Origin: Cirrosporium novae-zelandiae
Taxonomy: Eukaryota
Length of the DNA: 64,000 nucleotides
NCBI GenBank assembly: GCA_026023565.1
Contig: JAPETS010000009.1
Coordinates: 310,001-374,000 of the forward strand
Direction of reading: 5' to 3'
In this document: one piece after another, positions 1 through 12,830 of the stretch
Numbering within the stretch: the first letter of the stretch is position 1
How the letters are laid out: every line of letters starts with the position of its first letter
The notes under the pieces: generated by a model
Database searches by the model: none
The model's input: only the letters and a program-made list of their open reading frames with translations
What the model was told of the DNA's origin: nothing
Program-made: the position numbers and the translations under genes

Positions 1-505
1 CGGTTAGTAATTATTTATTCTCCGATCAGACAGACAGCCTTGTCTGCCTTGGCCACCTTACGACCGCTAGAGCTTAGAGATACACAATATTGAGTCCCCA
101 TTGACCAGAACAAGAATCGGCTACTAAAACTCCGCCAGTATATCGTGATCCGTGCGGTCCGTCGAGATCTAAGCCAGGATATTATATTAACATTGCACCA
201 ATTAACACCTGCCATGGAAGCTCGGTTCGCGACAATCCTGGGACAGCTGAAGGATAGAAAAAAACCGTTTCGAGTTGAAGAAGCAAGCCATTATCAAGAC
301 ATAGTAACATGACGCTAATATCAAGCTTCCATTAGACTAAGAGAGCACAGCCTCATATTGATTTGATTCTTTTTCAAGTTCTTCGCATTCTTTTTTCATG
401 TGCTCCTGGATTTCTTAATACAAGCTTTATGAAGCTCATCATCTGTTGTGCATTGAAATTCCTCAATTTTGGAATTTTGTCTTCTTCCCTAGCTTAGTGT
501 TCATT

Positions 506-1750
506 ATGTTGTTTTCACTGTCTTCACTGCTGCTACTCTACTGCCTTCTTGCGGTGAGCAATGCTACCATACAGACCGACACAAACTACACCCTCACCAA
601 CTCCGCAACCGGAACCGACACGGTTCTGAAGAGTCCCAATTCAGACGAAAGTTCCGATGACAGTTCAGACGACGACGGCGATGAAGAGTATGTCACCACT
701 GGACAAGCGAATAGCAACTACAAAGCTTCAGAATTGTGGTACCTCACCTCGGTCTCGGACGGTTCCTATCACGTCTTCAATCGCGATCTAGGTAATAGCT
801 ACCGTCTCGACTCTCTTACGGATGGGGTTCACTTATACATGGGCGAGAATGATAACTCCCAGAAGGGACAGTTTTGGGAATTTGATACTTGGTCCGATGG
901 CACATACAAGGTCTGGCAGCGCTCGGGAAACAGCTCTTGGGTTCTAGGTCTCGACTCGAACCACAAATATGCAGTCCTCGGTGATGTCGACAATAATGAT
1001 AAGACGCAGCACTGGAAACTGAATGATGTAGCTTCTTCAGGAAGTTCGACGGCTGCTACTTCTGCAGTCACAGCGACAACCATCACTACTGCTATTGCTT
1101 CTGGTTCTGCCACCTCCTACAAAGCCACCGCCTCAACAACAACAGCATCATCATCATCATCATCATCAAGCTCAAGCTCAAGCTCCTCCCTCAGCACCAC
1201 ATCCAAAAGCTCCTCCTCCCACCACAGCGGCCTCTCTACGGGCGCAAAAGCCGGTCTAGGAATCGGAATCCCCGTCATCGTACTCATTCTCCTCGTCTGC
1301 CTAGTCCACTTTCTCAAGAAAAGGCGACAACAAAAACGGCGACAGCTACATGGACCAAGCTGGCACAAAGCCAACCAATCGAATCCCGATTCCGATCCTG
1401 AACCCGATGCCCGGGACATCATATACAAATCCAATAAGCCTGAACTCAGCGGTCGCTCTATCGATCCTATAGTAGATAATCCCCCTAATACTACTACTAC
1501 TCCTACTACCACTACTACTACTACAAATAATCTCACCACTCCCACCCCTACCACCACTGTTTCCACAGAAGCGATGACACAAGTATCACCGAACTCGGGA
1601 TATACTTATAGCAATTTTAATAATAGTAGCAACAGTGGAAGCATCAGTAACAATAATCAGAAATGGGAATTACATGGAACATCGTCTTATCGATCCAGGG
1701 CGGAATTGCCGGGGAGATGGCCGTATGAGGATAGGCCGGAGTTGCCGTAA
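506..1750 (+). CDS. Single-pass cell-surface protein: signal peptide, ricin-B/beta-trefoil-like region, Ser/Thr-rich stalk, TM helix, cytoplasmic tail (Mid2/Wsc-like architecture)
   Basis: ATG at 506 gives a hydrophobic signal (MLFSLSSLLLLYCLLAVS). QxW-like repeats (SELWY, GQFWE, TQHWK), poly-Ser stalk, TM GLGIGIPVIVLILLVCLVHFL followed by KKRR, C-terminal ELP repeats. Confidence 0.7.
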   Translation: MLFSLSSLLLLYCLLAVSNATIQTDTNYTLTNSATGTDTVLKSPNSDESSDDSSDDDGDEEYVTTGQANSNYKASELWYLTSVSDGSYHVFNRDLGNSYRLDSLTDGVHLYMGENDNSQKGQFWEFDTWSDGTYKVWQRSGNSSWVLGLDSNHKYAVLGDVDNNDKTQHWKLNDVASSGSSTAATSAVTATTITTAIASGSATSYKATASTTTASSSSSSSSSSSSSSLSTTSKSSSSHHSGLSTGAKAGLGIGIPVIVLILLVCLVHFLKKRRQQKRRQLHGPSWHKANQSNPDSDPEPDARDIIYKSNKPELSGRSIDPIVDNPPNTTTTPTTTTTTTNNLTTPTPTTTVSTEAMTQVSPNSGYTYSNFNNSSNSGSISNNNQKWELHGTSSYRSRAELPGRWPYEDRPELP

Positions 1751-2439
1751 TGGGGGAGAAAGAAAATGAGGTTGATTAAAAAAAAAATTTTTTTTGACTC
1801 CTGGGCTTGCTTGGTATGGTGGTGGTAAGAAGACAAAGGAGATGATAGAGAAAGGGGTTAGAAACAACTATCCTCCGCACACACAGACTCTGTCTCTAAT
1901 CCCCACATACCCACATACCCCTATACCCAAAGTTCAGGATTTAAATTCTTTATAACGATAATGGTAATGATAATGACGACAACAACGGCAATGACGTTTA
2001 ACGGCCTTTTCATATTTCTTGGGGACTTCTCTTTCTATTTACCCTCTCAATACATATATATACATATACATCGGTCTGGGTATTGGTGCGGATACTGTTG
2101 AGTTATCAAAAGGTGACTGGGTTACTGAGTAACCTGGTCTTGCATGTTATATTGAGCATGGTGCAGTGCGTAACTCAACAGATTCCTGTGGGAGCGTGTG
2201 ATACTGTACATATCCAAACCCCCCTCGGTTTTGGTCCCTCGAAAGGAGGAGGAAGGGGGAATATATTTATCCAGTCAATCTGTCTCTCGTTCTACTAAGT
2301 ACTATAACATAGTTGGTTGATTGGTTGGCTAGCTAGTTAGCCGTAAGCGATGAAGGAAGGAAGGGAGGCAGGCAGGCAGGGAGAGAGAGATGTAATTCTA
2401 ACCAACCAGCCAACCAACCTACCTTGCAGAATGAACAAA

Positions 2440-2990
2440 AGCTCGAGGCTGTGTGTGTGTGTCACAGTGTGTGCAGCAAGCTCAACTAAACTAAATTAAA
2501 TTCATCGAATCACATTTCCCTTCAATGAATCAATGTATCAATCAACAAACCAACCAACTGCCCTCGAAATTTCCAGTACATGTTACAGTCGAATAGAACA
2601 AAAACCAAAACAAAAAAAAAAACAGCAAAAGCCTGGGGTTGTATGTATGTAATATGTATGTATGTATAAGTATGTTATAATTATATGCAGCCACAAAGCT
2701 AAAGTTTGACTACTGTAAAACCCAAACCAAACCAAACCAACCACGTCTCCCTTCAGTGAATCAGTGAATCAATCGAAAAAGCCAACCTCCTATATATGTA
2801 CATGTACATATAAAATCAAAGAAACAAAAAACAATAAACAAAAACAAAAAAAATCAGAGCTATATATGTGTGTATGTATGTATGTATGTATGTACAGCAA
2901 GCTAAAGCTTAAAAAATAACATCCCCCTCAATCAGTCAGTCAGTCAGTCAATCAATCATAGAGAGAGTATGAGTTACACATGCACTATAC
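2440..2990. repeat. Microsatellite-rich region with about three degenerate ~200-230 bp units
   Basis: Recurring order: (GT/GTAT)n - CAGCAAGCT-like - CCCTTCA(A/G)TGAATCA-like - TACATG - A-rich tract. Confidence 0.5.
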
Positions 2991-3927
2991 AGTTACCTAT
3001 ACGGTACCAAGATTAAATACTTGGTCGAACTCTCAGCAGGAAAACAATTTACAACTTTTGCATTTTGCATTTTACATTTTACATATCTAATCTAATCTCT
3101 TCCCCCTCCCCCCCCTTTTCTTTTCTTTTCTTTTCCCTTCCCTTTTGTTTCCTTCACATCTATATCTCCCTTGTACTATGTAATTACCCCCACCAAACCA
3201 ACATCCTTTCTCAACTTTAATACCCGAGTAGGTAAGTTTGACCTGGTTTTGCCTTGCCTTGCCTTGCCCCCCCCCCGGGACGCGGGACCCCACTATAGAG
3301 GTAGACTACCAAGTTTTAATTATCACTACATAGTCCAACTTACACAGTTACGTTTTTTTAAACACTTTAAACTTTGTTATATTAGACTAATGCCATTCCA
3401 CTATTCTTCCCTATTCCCTAAATACTTACTTTGCTTTTGTTTTGGGATTTGTGGTTTTTGCCCCCCCCCCCCATCTGTGTGTACTGACTGTACATTTGTT
3501 ACGGATTTGTCTTGTTTGCTCCGTTTGCTTAAAGCATAGGCCCGACCTACCCCTAGAGGGGGGGGGTATTTAGTCTACACCACTCGAGCATTTCCTTTCT
3601 TATACAAAATTCTAATTTGATCGATCCATAACATCCTTGATTTATTATTAGTGGATAAACTTTTTTTTTTTTAAAAAGTGAGCGAGCGATTGATTGAAAA
3701 TAGCTCTGGGAAGGTAATAAAGAGGGGGATTTTGTTGACGATGGAGAAATACAGTAGGTAAGTAAGGAGGATCGCTCTGGTCTTTTAGACAGATAAAGAG
3801 GGAGACGATTACGCTTGCGCCCTGCCAGTTAATATTCACTTGGATTTTGAACTGAGATTGCTTTGTATATTATTTAAATTTTTCTTCGTGTTTTACATCT
3901 CTACCCTGATATTCTCAGTACTTATTA

Positions 3928-5675
3928 TTATATCTTTTCACGAAAAAGAAATCGAAGCTCGTTTTCCAACGGCTCTATTACGTCCTGGTATAACCCAGCT
4001 CTTGTCGCTGCATCTTCCAAGCTCACTCGTTGGCCTGCCGGTATCCAAGGAGTGTCTAAACATGCCTGGATAGCATCTCTGTAACTCAGAGAGCAATCCT
4101 CCAACCTCTTCACTACACGGTTAGCCACTAGCCAGTCTGTATTTCCGTTTGCTTCCTGCTGCTCGGCCCCCGTCCGAAAGGATTCTATGAGTCTCTCGGT
4201 GTGGATCTCGATGAGCAAGATCCCCAGCGCAAGAATGCTTGGGCTGCGATGGAATCTGCTTAGATCTACCGATTGTTTGTTTGCAGCCGTATCCTCGGTG
4301 AAGACTGTGGACAAATATGGACGTTGAAAATCCAGTGTACCCGAGGCCCCGTAGAAAAAGAAAATGTGGTTTTTGTTCCATTCCTTGCTGAGCCAATAAC
4401 TTTCATGCAGCTGCAGCAGGGAATGGGCGAAGGTAACGGCTAGCCTCCTCTTGGTGGCCAGTGGGAACTTGACGGATCTACCTAATATTGTTTGAAGCGA
4501 TTCTGCCTGAGTCGCTCCAAATATAGGGAGCCGCTTTGGTAGCGACAGAAGCTGCCAAACAATCTGGCTCTTTCCGTAGTCCTCTACCAGGATTTGAAGA
4601 CACTGATTTGTGGGCCCACGGCATCCTATAGCGTCACAGATTCTTCCCAACAGAGAACGCTCGACCATTTCAGAGCTACTGCAGAGAATGGAGATTTTAG
4701 CAGAAGCATTATACAGAAAAGAGATCTCAAACCTACTTATCTGGTCGGATGGAAACTGTTCCTTCTTGCCAGCCACGTCCGCTTTTTTGATCTCCCATAA
4801 CAGAAAACAAAAAGTCAAAGTCAACCTCGGCGATGTCTGGTTTAGAAATCGAGCCTCCATGAGATTTAAGGCAAAATTTGGCCTCATGACGTTCCTGGCA
4901 GTTGCAACCCCAGCATTTCGCCAATGCCCTATACAGTTTTTGTGAAAGAACGCGTAAATGAGATGATGGGATACATTTCCCTGTCGATGGCGTAATCTTC
5001 GTCACCGGCTCCTGTTGCGCTTGTTCTGTTAAGCGGAGAAGTCTCGTATTCCAAGTAGCTAGGTATTTGAGGCATGTAGTGCGTTCTTTCTCCTTTTTCC
5101 AAAATCGAAGCCTCTCTTTAAATGTGCTAGAAGTTTGCGCTGAGGCCCTATCAGCAGCAAAGCCCTTGAGCTTATTGAACATTTTGGATTGGTCCTGTTG
5201 TGCATTAGTCGCGCTTGAAACGCTTGGAGCAATTGAGACATCTAGTCAAGCTTACAACATCATCCGATGATATGTGAATAGTTGGGTCTTTTATCAGTTT
5301 GGAAAGCAACCAAGCGATCCTATCCATCACGTACAAAAAGGCGTCAAAGTCCTCTTTTGACCCGAAGAAATTAGAGAGTGCTAAAGCGACATCAGCCTCC
5401 GGTTTCCAATCTTCCAGGCGTATGTCCATGGTTAATTCAGCCTTGCGCTTGTCAGATAGGTGCGGTAGAGATTCAATTACCCTCCGGGTTTGACAATCCA
5501 GCTGGTAGACCTCCCAGTAAAACTCTCCATAAAATTCCTGAAGCTTCTCATCACGCTCTCGGCGGGAGGATAGTTTGTGCATGCTTTTAACGCCATGTGA
5601 ATATACCTTTGCGGTCTCAATAAAGAGAGGCAGGACTGCTAGAACCAGGCCAGTGATTTCAATGCCAGTTGCCAT
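3928..5675 (-). CDS. Fungal protein with HeLo-like N-terminus and DUF7580-like C-terminal domain, 3 exons
   Basis: Start MATGIEITGLVLAVLPLFI. Introns 5255-5195 (GTAAG..CAG) and ~4736-4679 (GTAGGT..CTGCAG) join three ORF-track segments. C-terminal motifs KRRLAVTFAHSLLQLHESYWL, ILALGILLIEI, YRDAIQACL, YQDVIEPLE. Confidence 0.65.
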
Positions 5676-5984
5676 CACTAAGCAAGCCTGTTCGGAAACT
5701 AAAAGATATCTCGACGTCGGACTTAATAACACGTTTCCATCGCATGAAGTGCCCGCTGCGAGATCATGTAACTAAAATCGGCATTGAAATAATGGAAGGT
5801 GTCTAAACATGCTCGAAAGGTTCCTCAGCCTTTCAACAATCTGGTGGGGTAAGCGGTGATCATCCGTACGCCAATCCAACGCCGAGTCGTGCCGTCTAAT
5901 AATATTTTCCGATTAATTCGGGTTCCTTCTTCCTCTTTGGAAACGCCTACCTCCATTCTGCACGCTAATTTTTGAATCAATAAC

Positions 5985-5998
5985 CGCCGAGCTCGGCG
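5985..5998. promoter_or_regulatory. Perfect 14-bp palindrome CGCCGAGCTCGGCG containing CCG-N4-CGG, candidate Zn2Cys6 site in a divergent promoter
   Basis: The palindrome is seen directly between divergent starts 5675 and 6117. Its function is inferred only. Confidence 0.3.
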
Positions 5999-6116
5999 AC
6001 AAGGATGTGCTTAAGATGCACATGGCTGAGTTTTGTTAGACGACTTTGGCACATGGCCACTTCCTCTACAGACAGCTAGACTAGACAAATGTTCGACTTC
6101 TGTTTTAACAATTTTA

Positions 6117-8139
6117 ATGGAGATTTACACTCAACGGCCTCTCCAGGGCCGTGGAGAGTCAATCCTCGAGGTCGCTAGAAATACAGCAAAGGTGTTCATG
6201 CGTGGGCGGGCAAAGCAGGTTGAGCCTTATTTGCGATCGGAGCTGGAGAATGAGCTTGGCAGATTCAAGATCTGGGCAGGGACCTTGGGGGTGTTTGCAC
6301 CTGGTAACGCATCTGCAGACCATCGTCTGCGAGATGATCCGAACGCCAGAGAAGTCTTCATTCAGATGCTCGATCGCCTAAGACAAAGCATAAAGCAAGC
6401 AATTGACCCGCCCAAAATTCTGGAGGAACCCGAGGAACCTGAAGGTGATGAACAATCAAGTTCCTCTTCAGACTCATCAATGGCGATTAGTTTGGACGAA
6501 GATTCCAGTGTAGATTTGGACAATGAGTCTGCATCTGGTGATATTCCAAGGAGAGCGCTTGCAGACATTAAGGATATCATAACTCGACTCTATCGACTGT
6601 CAGCCATCATCAAAAAGCCTAGTTCATCACGCGAGAATGTCAAAGTAGCAAACTTTATTGCTAAAGAGGAAGAGACGGAAGAAATGAAAGAATTTAAATC
6701 CTCCGTTCGTTGGCAAATACAATTCCGCCATCCGGATGCTACACCAGCTCTACTCGATAGACTCGCAGACGCCGCTGTATTTCGAAGGAAGAAATTACAG
6801 TACCGAGAGCGCCATAAAGAGAAGCTGAGGCAAGGTGTCGAGCAATCTTTATCCGTTGATTTGGCTGTTCCAACTGTTCCTCTAGGTACAGCGGTCCGAG
6901 CAATGGGACCCCAGCGAGCGAATTCTCCATTCTTAGGCGGAAAACCAGGGTCAGCAAGGGGATCTTTGAATAAATTTCAATACTCGGCTACTGATGCTTC
7001 CTCAGTGGACCGCTTCAAGTTTGCATCATATCCTAAGTCGATCGCACTATCTGGTATTACCAAATCCGCAATTGCCCGACGAGAGCAATTAGATGTCCCC
7101 CGCCCTCCTGTAAAAGAGGCCGAGGAGTCTAAGGAGGCCATATGCCCCTATTGTTTTCGAGTTGTGGATAAGGAAGATATGATTCAAGCTCGTTGGAAGT
7201 GGGTATTCTTCCACCTGAAATCGGCAGCGACTGACTTTATACAGACGGCATATACTTAAAGATATAGAACCATATGTATGCCTCTTTGACGGATGTGAAA
7301 AGCCAAACGAGACTTTCACGACAGTAGATGAATGGGTCAGCCATATGCAGTGGCAACATGCTGTAGTTTGGTGTTGCCAGGCCCCTAGTCACGAATCCAC
7401 TGTTTATCACTCGAAAGAGGAATTTGAACAACATTTGCGTTTAGAACATGGGAATGACTTCAACGAATCACAATTTCCTCTCATCGTCAAGAAAAGTGCA
7501 CAGCCCATTTCAGACATCTTCGCCACTTTCGCTCTCGCCTCTGGGAAAGAAGATACTGGTTCCAACATGTTGGGAGTTTGTCCACTTTGCCCATTCTCTT
7601 TAGATGAGTTTGATAAAAAGTACCCCTCCGAGAACCTGGACATTGTATCCACCGCAGATAGTGCATCGAAAAAACTTCGCGATCATATTGCAACACATCT
7701 AGAAGCCATAGCACTCTTATCACTGCCGGAGCGCGATGATCTGGATGATGCTGATACCAACGAGCGAGAGTCAGAGAACACCAAACACAGCTTAGATCAG
7801 AGCGAAGATGACCTGTCGCCCGTGGCCTTTGTGGACGACATTGACGAACATGGATTATTCAACGACGAAAAACCACCGTCTGGTGAGTACGTCTCCAGAG
7901 ATGAATGGATTGATATCCTTGGAGATCCACGCGTAGAGTGGACGCGTTGTCTTGAACAGACTCAGGATCCCACACTGCGCGAATTTGTTAGGAGAGCTAG
8001 ACGTATTGAAATGTTTCGTATATGGGGCACTACCGGGGTACCTATCATTCTTGTACATGATCCTGAGGGGATGGAGATTGCGATTCATGGCGGGGATAAC
8101 CCACAGAAGCCGCCTACAACGACAGAGGAAATTTCTTAG
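6117..8139 (+). CDS. Protein with helical N-terminal domain (ELGRFKIWAGTLG..SADHRLRD) and a cluster of C2H2-like zinc fingers, 2 exons
   Basis: Intron 7199-7244 (GTGGGT..CTGAC..ACAG) restores CPYCF...WKRHILKDIEPYVCLFDGC. Later WCCQAPSH..FEQHLRLEH and CPLC..LRDHIATHLEAIALLSLP. Confidence 0.75.
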
Positions 8140-8254
8140 CATATACAAGCAGTTGTGGATAACCCCCGTAAATTAAACAAGGCTTTAGGTGTAAATAGTA
8201 CGTCATTGTTAAGATTTGAACCTAAACTGCAAAAAGTCTAATTATACTCGAGTA

Positions 8255-11055
8255 TTACATATTGCAGTACCCTAAGCGTATCGTTGATACCTCCCTCTCT
8301 ACTCTATCAAGAGGTTCACTGTGCATGCAATAGCTTCCCAGGCTTTGTCCAATTGGTGGATCTTCAAGCATCATCAAAAAAGGCAAATGGCTCACTTTTA
8401 ATGCCCATTCATAAAGCTTCACATATGGTAGGTCTCCTTCTCCATTAGGCCCCCAAGGCCGAAACTCAAACATCATTGTCTTCTGGAACGCAAGCGCTCT
8501 CAAGGATTCCCATACCCATGTATTCGAATCCAGAAAGTACATAGAATGCCATGCCCAGTGTTCTATACAGTATCCAAGAAGGAAATAATTTCGTGTTAAT
8601 TCATTTGAAGGTGATGCCCGAAGAAAGCTTTCGAAATTGATGTCCGGTGCTTTAGAGGTAAAATTTCCTCCTCTAGCTCGATATATCAAATCAACCCAAG
8701 ATGGACTCATCCTTAGCAGCCGAGGCATATACCTAGGACCGACAGCTCCGAGTATACCGGTAGTTTGAAATTGCTGGCTCGAACCGGGTATAGAAATCGT
8801 ACCTTCAAAAGTCGGCGATGAAAGATACATGACACATATCTTTCCCACGTACTGTTCGGCTTGAGTGCGCTCAAATAGGAAACTAGAAGGCCTCCTATCG
8901 CTACCCTGGTCTGTTAAAAATTGCTGTACGGTATAATGTGCAAGCTGTACTGTCCCGTCGTTTGCATCTAGCGTCACCAAATTCCAGCATGTTTGAATAA
9001 GACACTTTCCAGTGTCTGGTGATAATTTTTGTGAAATCATTTCTGTATAGAGTGGTCGATCTACGGGGTCAAGAGCGATAGCTTCCTTTAGTTCATCAAT
9101 TACCAAAGGGCGTCTGGCGCACACGGTTCATCTTAGAATCCTCTCCGCAACCACCCTAGTCCGGGGAGGGCAATGATTCCACTTTTATAATAATGCGTGC
9201 GTAGGTCTCCGATAAGCCTTCCGGTAGGTTATGAAGGGTCTCTTTAATATCAGCCTCTGATTTGATTCCATCACAAATGTCTTCCACCTGGAAATGAACC
9301 CAAAGAAACCTAGAAAGAAAGTTAAAAGAGCGACAGATAAAATATTCAAATGGAAGCTGCATACATGCCGTGTGCTTTTGTTACGAGCTCTGATATTATT
9401 TCCTGCTCAAGTGACGGATTTTGAGTCACTGCTGGTAAATGGCCATCTCTAATTCTAGACCGAATGATGTCTTGCACATATGTTTCAACGTCGGGGGCTA
9501 GCAAGGCCTCCGATATTTTCATTTGCGGATATTTCTGTAACCCGACAGAAAGCTGAGAGCACTCACGGCCTGAGACAAATATCTTAACATGTTTTGGTGA
9601 TGTGGAGAGCTTGTTAATAGTAGATAACACCTCTTCCAAAACTTCTCTCTCACACTCGTCTATCCCATCAATCACAATATATGTCAGTGGGTACATGTTA
9701 GTGACTTGGTGGAGAATGTTAATAAGCTGGTCTAGACCTGGGGATCTCAGCCCATCTTGGAAGGCTTCGTTTATACTTCTGCCGATGCGTTTAGGTATGC
9801 TGTCTTTTCGTAACAATAGCTGCCGAATAATTGAACCTAGGATGTTGGAAGTTTTTAGCGTTCCTTGATCCGAATAGTCGCAATAATAATAGGCTAAAGC
9901 ATTGCTACTCTTATTTGCGTCATTTGATAAGGTATTGATGACATTTGAATTAAGAAGGTTGGTATTTCTTCCAGATGTTAGTTGGAGCACTCACGCAAGA
10001 ATTGTTTTTCCTGATCCCGCTATGAATTATACAGCCGTCAGTTAGTCAACAAAGACTAATGGCAGGAAGAAAATATACGTATTCCATGACAGTATAAGCA
10101 CATGGGACCATTTATTGATCTCCAAGTCTGGAACATTTCGTTCTCTGTAAGCCAGAAGCATGTTTTTTCATGTCGAACCTTACGGTATTTCCTCTGTTTT
10201 ATTTCAGGGTCAACAGAACACAACATTGATATCAACCAGATGCGGTCATGTTCTACGGAATATTAGTATTATCATTTGTGACCGTAGTATATTTAGGGCA
10301 CTATTACCTTTTTTCTCTTTCTCGATCTGCAGCAAGGAGATCCGTATCAGGCCTTGGTTTCTTGCTTCCTCCGACATATGAGCTAGACGGACTTCTTCAT
10401 CCACGGTCCTCCTATGTTTCCGGAAATCTTCCATTTTTTTTACTGAACTGTTGATTGAACAGTTTCCATACTCCCTTTAGTCCAATTTTCACATTTCTTC
10501 CTTTACGAAAGGTGGCCTTCGTCTCAATACAGAATATCAAGATATCAAGATGGACAGCAGATAGGGACTGGACCAAGCGCTCGTGTGCTGGAAAGAGCCT
10601 TTCGTACTCACGGAAGCGTGGAAGTACATCGCCAATCTGGACGAACATGTCCACAAGTTTCTCGAAATACTCCTCAAACTGTTCTGCAAGCTATATCGAC
10701 AGCAGGTTAGCAAATGCTTATGTATAGCCTACCTGACGTCGGGAATTAACGCTGTGCTTATATGTAGATAGACCCTAATATTTCCCCATAATGGACATAA
10801 AATGAATGATGTATTGGTGAACATGTCTAATGCTTTACCATGCTGCGAGATGGTATTCACAAAAGGGTTCAGCTTGTCCAATATGTCTCTAGTCTTGCTA
10901 TTAGTCTTATTAGTCGTGTGAGCTACGCTTGCGCTATAGAAAATGTTTTCTAGCGTAGCATTCTGGTATAGCTTCTTCTCGTCGTCGTTGAGATCTTCAA
11001 GGTATCTATCGCGGGCTCTAGACCACGCGTCTAGATGGATGATGTTCTGAGACAT
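8255..11055 (-). pseudogene. NACHT-type NLR-like gene (DUF7708-like N-terminus, P-loop NACHT, winged helix), disrupted
   Basis: Spliced Walker A GIPGSGKT, Walker B YIVIDGIDEC, GMFLWVHFQ, CARRPL. Lesions: +1 frameshift in A8 run at ~10434-10441, frameshift at ~9160, TGA at a Trp position 9128-9130, apparent donor GT>AT at 10761 and acceptor AG>AA at 9950. Confidence 0.8.
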
Positions 11056-11993
11056 TAAGAGGAATGAAGTTTAAACAGTCAAGTTCTTTAAAGAACGGCA
11101 GGAAGAGATATGGGTGATAAAAGAACAAAGCAAAGCAAAGAGACGAGAATGAGGCTTAGTAAAGGCGGAGCAGATGGTACATGTACATGTACATTACTAT
11201 CTACAAGTAAACTTGTGGCTGTATTATATGCCTAATCACTGTTATACCGAAATTGATAGGCATTATATAAGGCAAGCTATTGACCTAAGGCAGGGATTAA
11301 ACTTCTGACCCTTTAGATCTATCGACTCTAATGACTGTTATCTGTTCTGGCTCCGAAGCTGAGCCAATAGAAGTTTACAACATGGCATCCGATGCCGAAG
11401 ACAGCCACGAAAGGACAGCCATGTCATTGCTTTCAGCTGCCACAGAAAGTATTCAAAGGTACAAAATGGTTATCAAAGCCCAAAGTAATCGATAAATTGC
11501 GGAAATCGATTGCATGTAACATTTTAATCATGAATGATCGTTCGTTGTTCTCCCTTCTTCTCTATAAATTATTAGGGTTTGGTAATTACGGTACGGTAAT
11601 TACGCGAGGTTTCCAATTGAGTTTCAGAGCTTCCCCTTGTAACTTGTCTGGATGGATATGTACTTTACAATCTCCCTGAAAGGTACAATTCTATTTGACC
11701 ATCCATGGTTGCAATGTCAAGGATAGGCCAGAGGGTGTTGTCGACTTTCACAAATCTCATCAGCGATCCATAAATTCATTGGCTTTGCTTAATTATAGGA
11801 TAAAAGCTCCCCTTCTCCGGGCGTACGACGAGAATCAGTATGACGTCCTCCTATCTCACCGACCTTGGGAGAATGTGTTTATTTACAAGAACACACCGCT
11901 TGTACGCTGTAAAAGGGACCTTTATTCTATCCCTTCAGTCCTCTTTACATTCTGCAATTTACTTTACTTGACCTTGCTTTTCAGCTTTGTACA

Positions 11994-12830
11994 ATGATAA
12001 TGTCGGCCCGAAGTCAGGCCAACCTGGACAGACTCCCAAGGGAGCTTCAAATGATGATTCTCTCTCACCTCTCCAATGGCGATCTAAAGTCTCTCCGTCA
12101 AGTCAACCATGACCTCTCACTAGTCGCAAACCCCTTCCTATACCGCCAGATCCATCTATACTTCCACTACTCTTCCCTTCACAACCTGGAGAGCCTTTCA
12201 AAATCTCCAGTCCTCGCTCCTCTTGTCAAGAGTTTCGCTGTCGATTGCAATTGGGTCCATGGAAAGGTGGGACGGAGACTGGATTCAAAGTGGCAGAAAT
12301 ACAGGAAGGGTGTCCCTGAGGCCGTCCTAGTTGACGTAAGAGATGGCAGCAGTATGCCCTGGATGATGAAGCAATGGAAGATGTTGAGGAATGATAAGGA
12401 TGTCACAAACAGAGTGAGCGACGCACTGGACAAGCTGGAGAATCTAAAAACGCTGGTTTTGACCTTGTACGAGAGGCCGAAAGTGGAAATATCTGGGAAT
12501 GACGGATTGTGAAATGATAGGATGGGATGGAATAGGGAATTACTGAGTGTATATCAATCCTTTTTGGCCAGATTTCGTTTGACCCCGACATTTATCACAA
12601 TGCCCTCCTATCACAAACAACATCCCCACGAAATCGGGGGTCCTAAACGTTCCGACCCGGGTCTATCCGGATTATCCACAATTACGTTGCAGATTCTAGC
12701 TGGACCCTAAACGACACCGATGATAGTGGCTGGCAACGAAAATAGAAATTTATTTCTACATATTATGTGCATATCTCAGAGATCCTTGGGAAGTTATGTA
12801 CGGGACCGTATCCGTAACGAATGCTTTCTC
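11994..12830 (+). pseudogene. F-box protein, probably decayed or truncated
   Basis: N-terminal LDRLPRELQMMILSHLSNGDLKSLRQVNHDL F-box. In-frame TGA at 12510-12512 with coding-like sequence continuing in frame, then further stops. Confidence 0.55.

Noticed and set aside
4679..4887. Overlapping minus-strand ORFs suggesting a frameshift
   Set aside because: Explained by a GTAGGT..CTGCAG intron.
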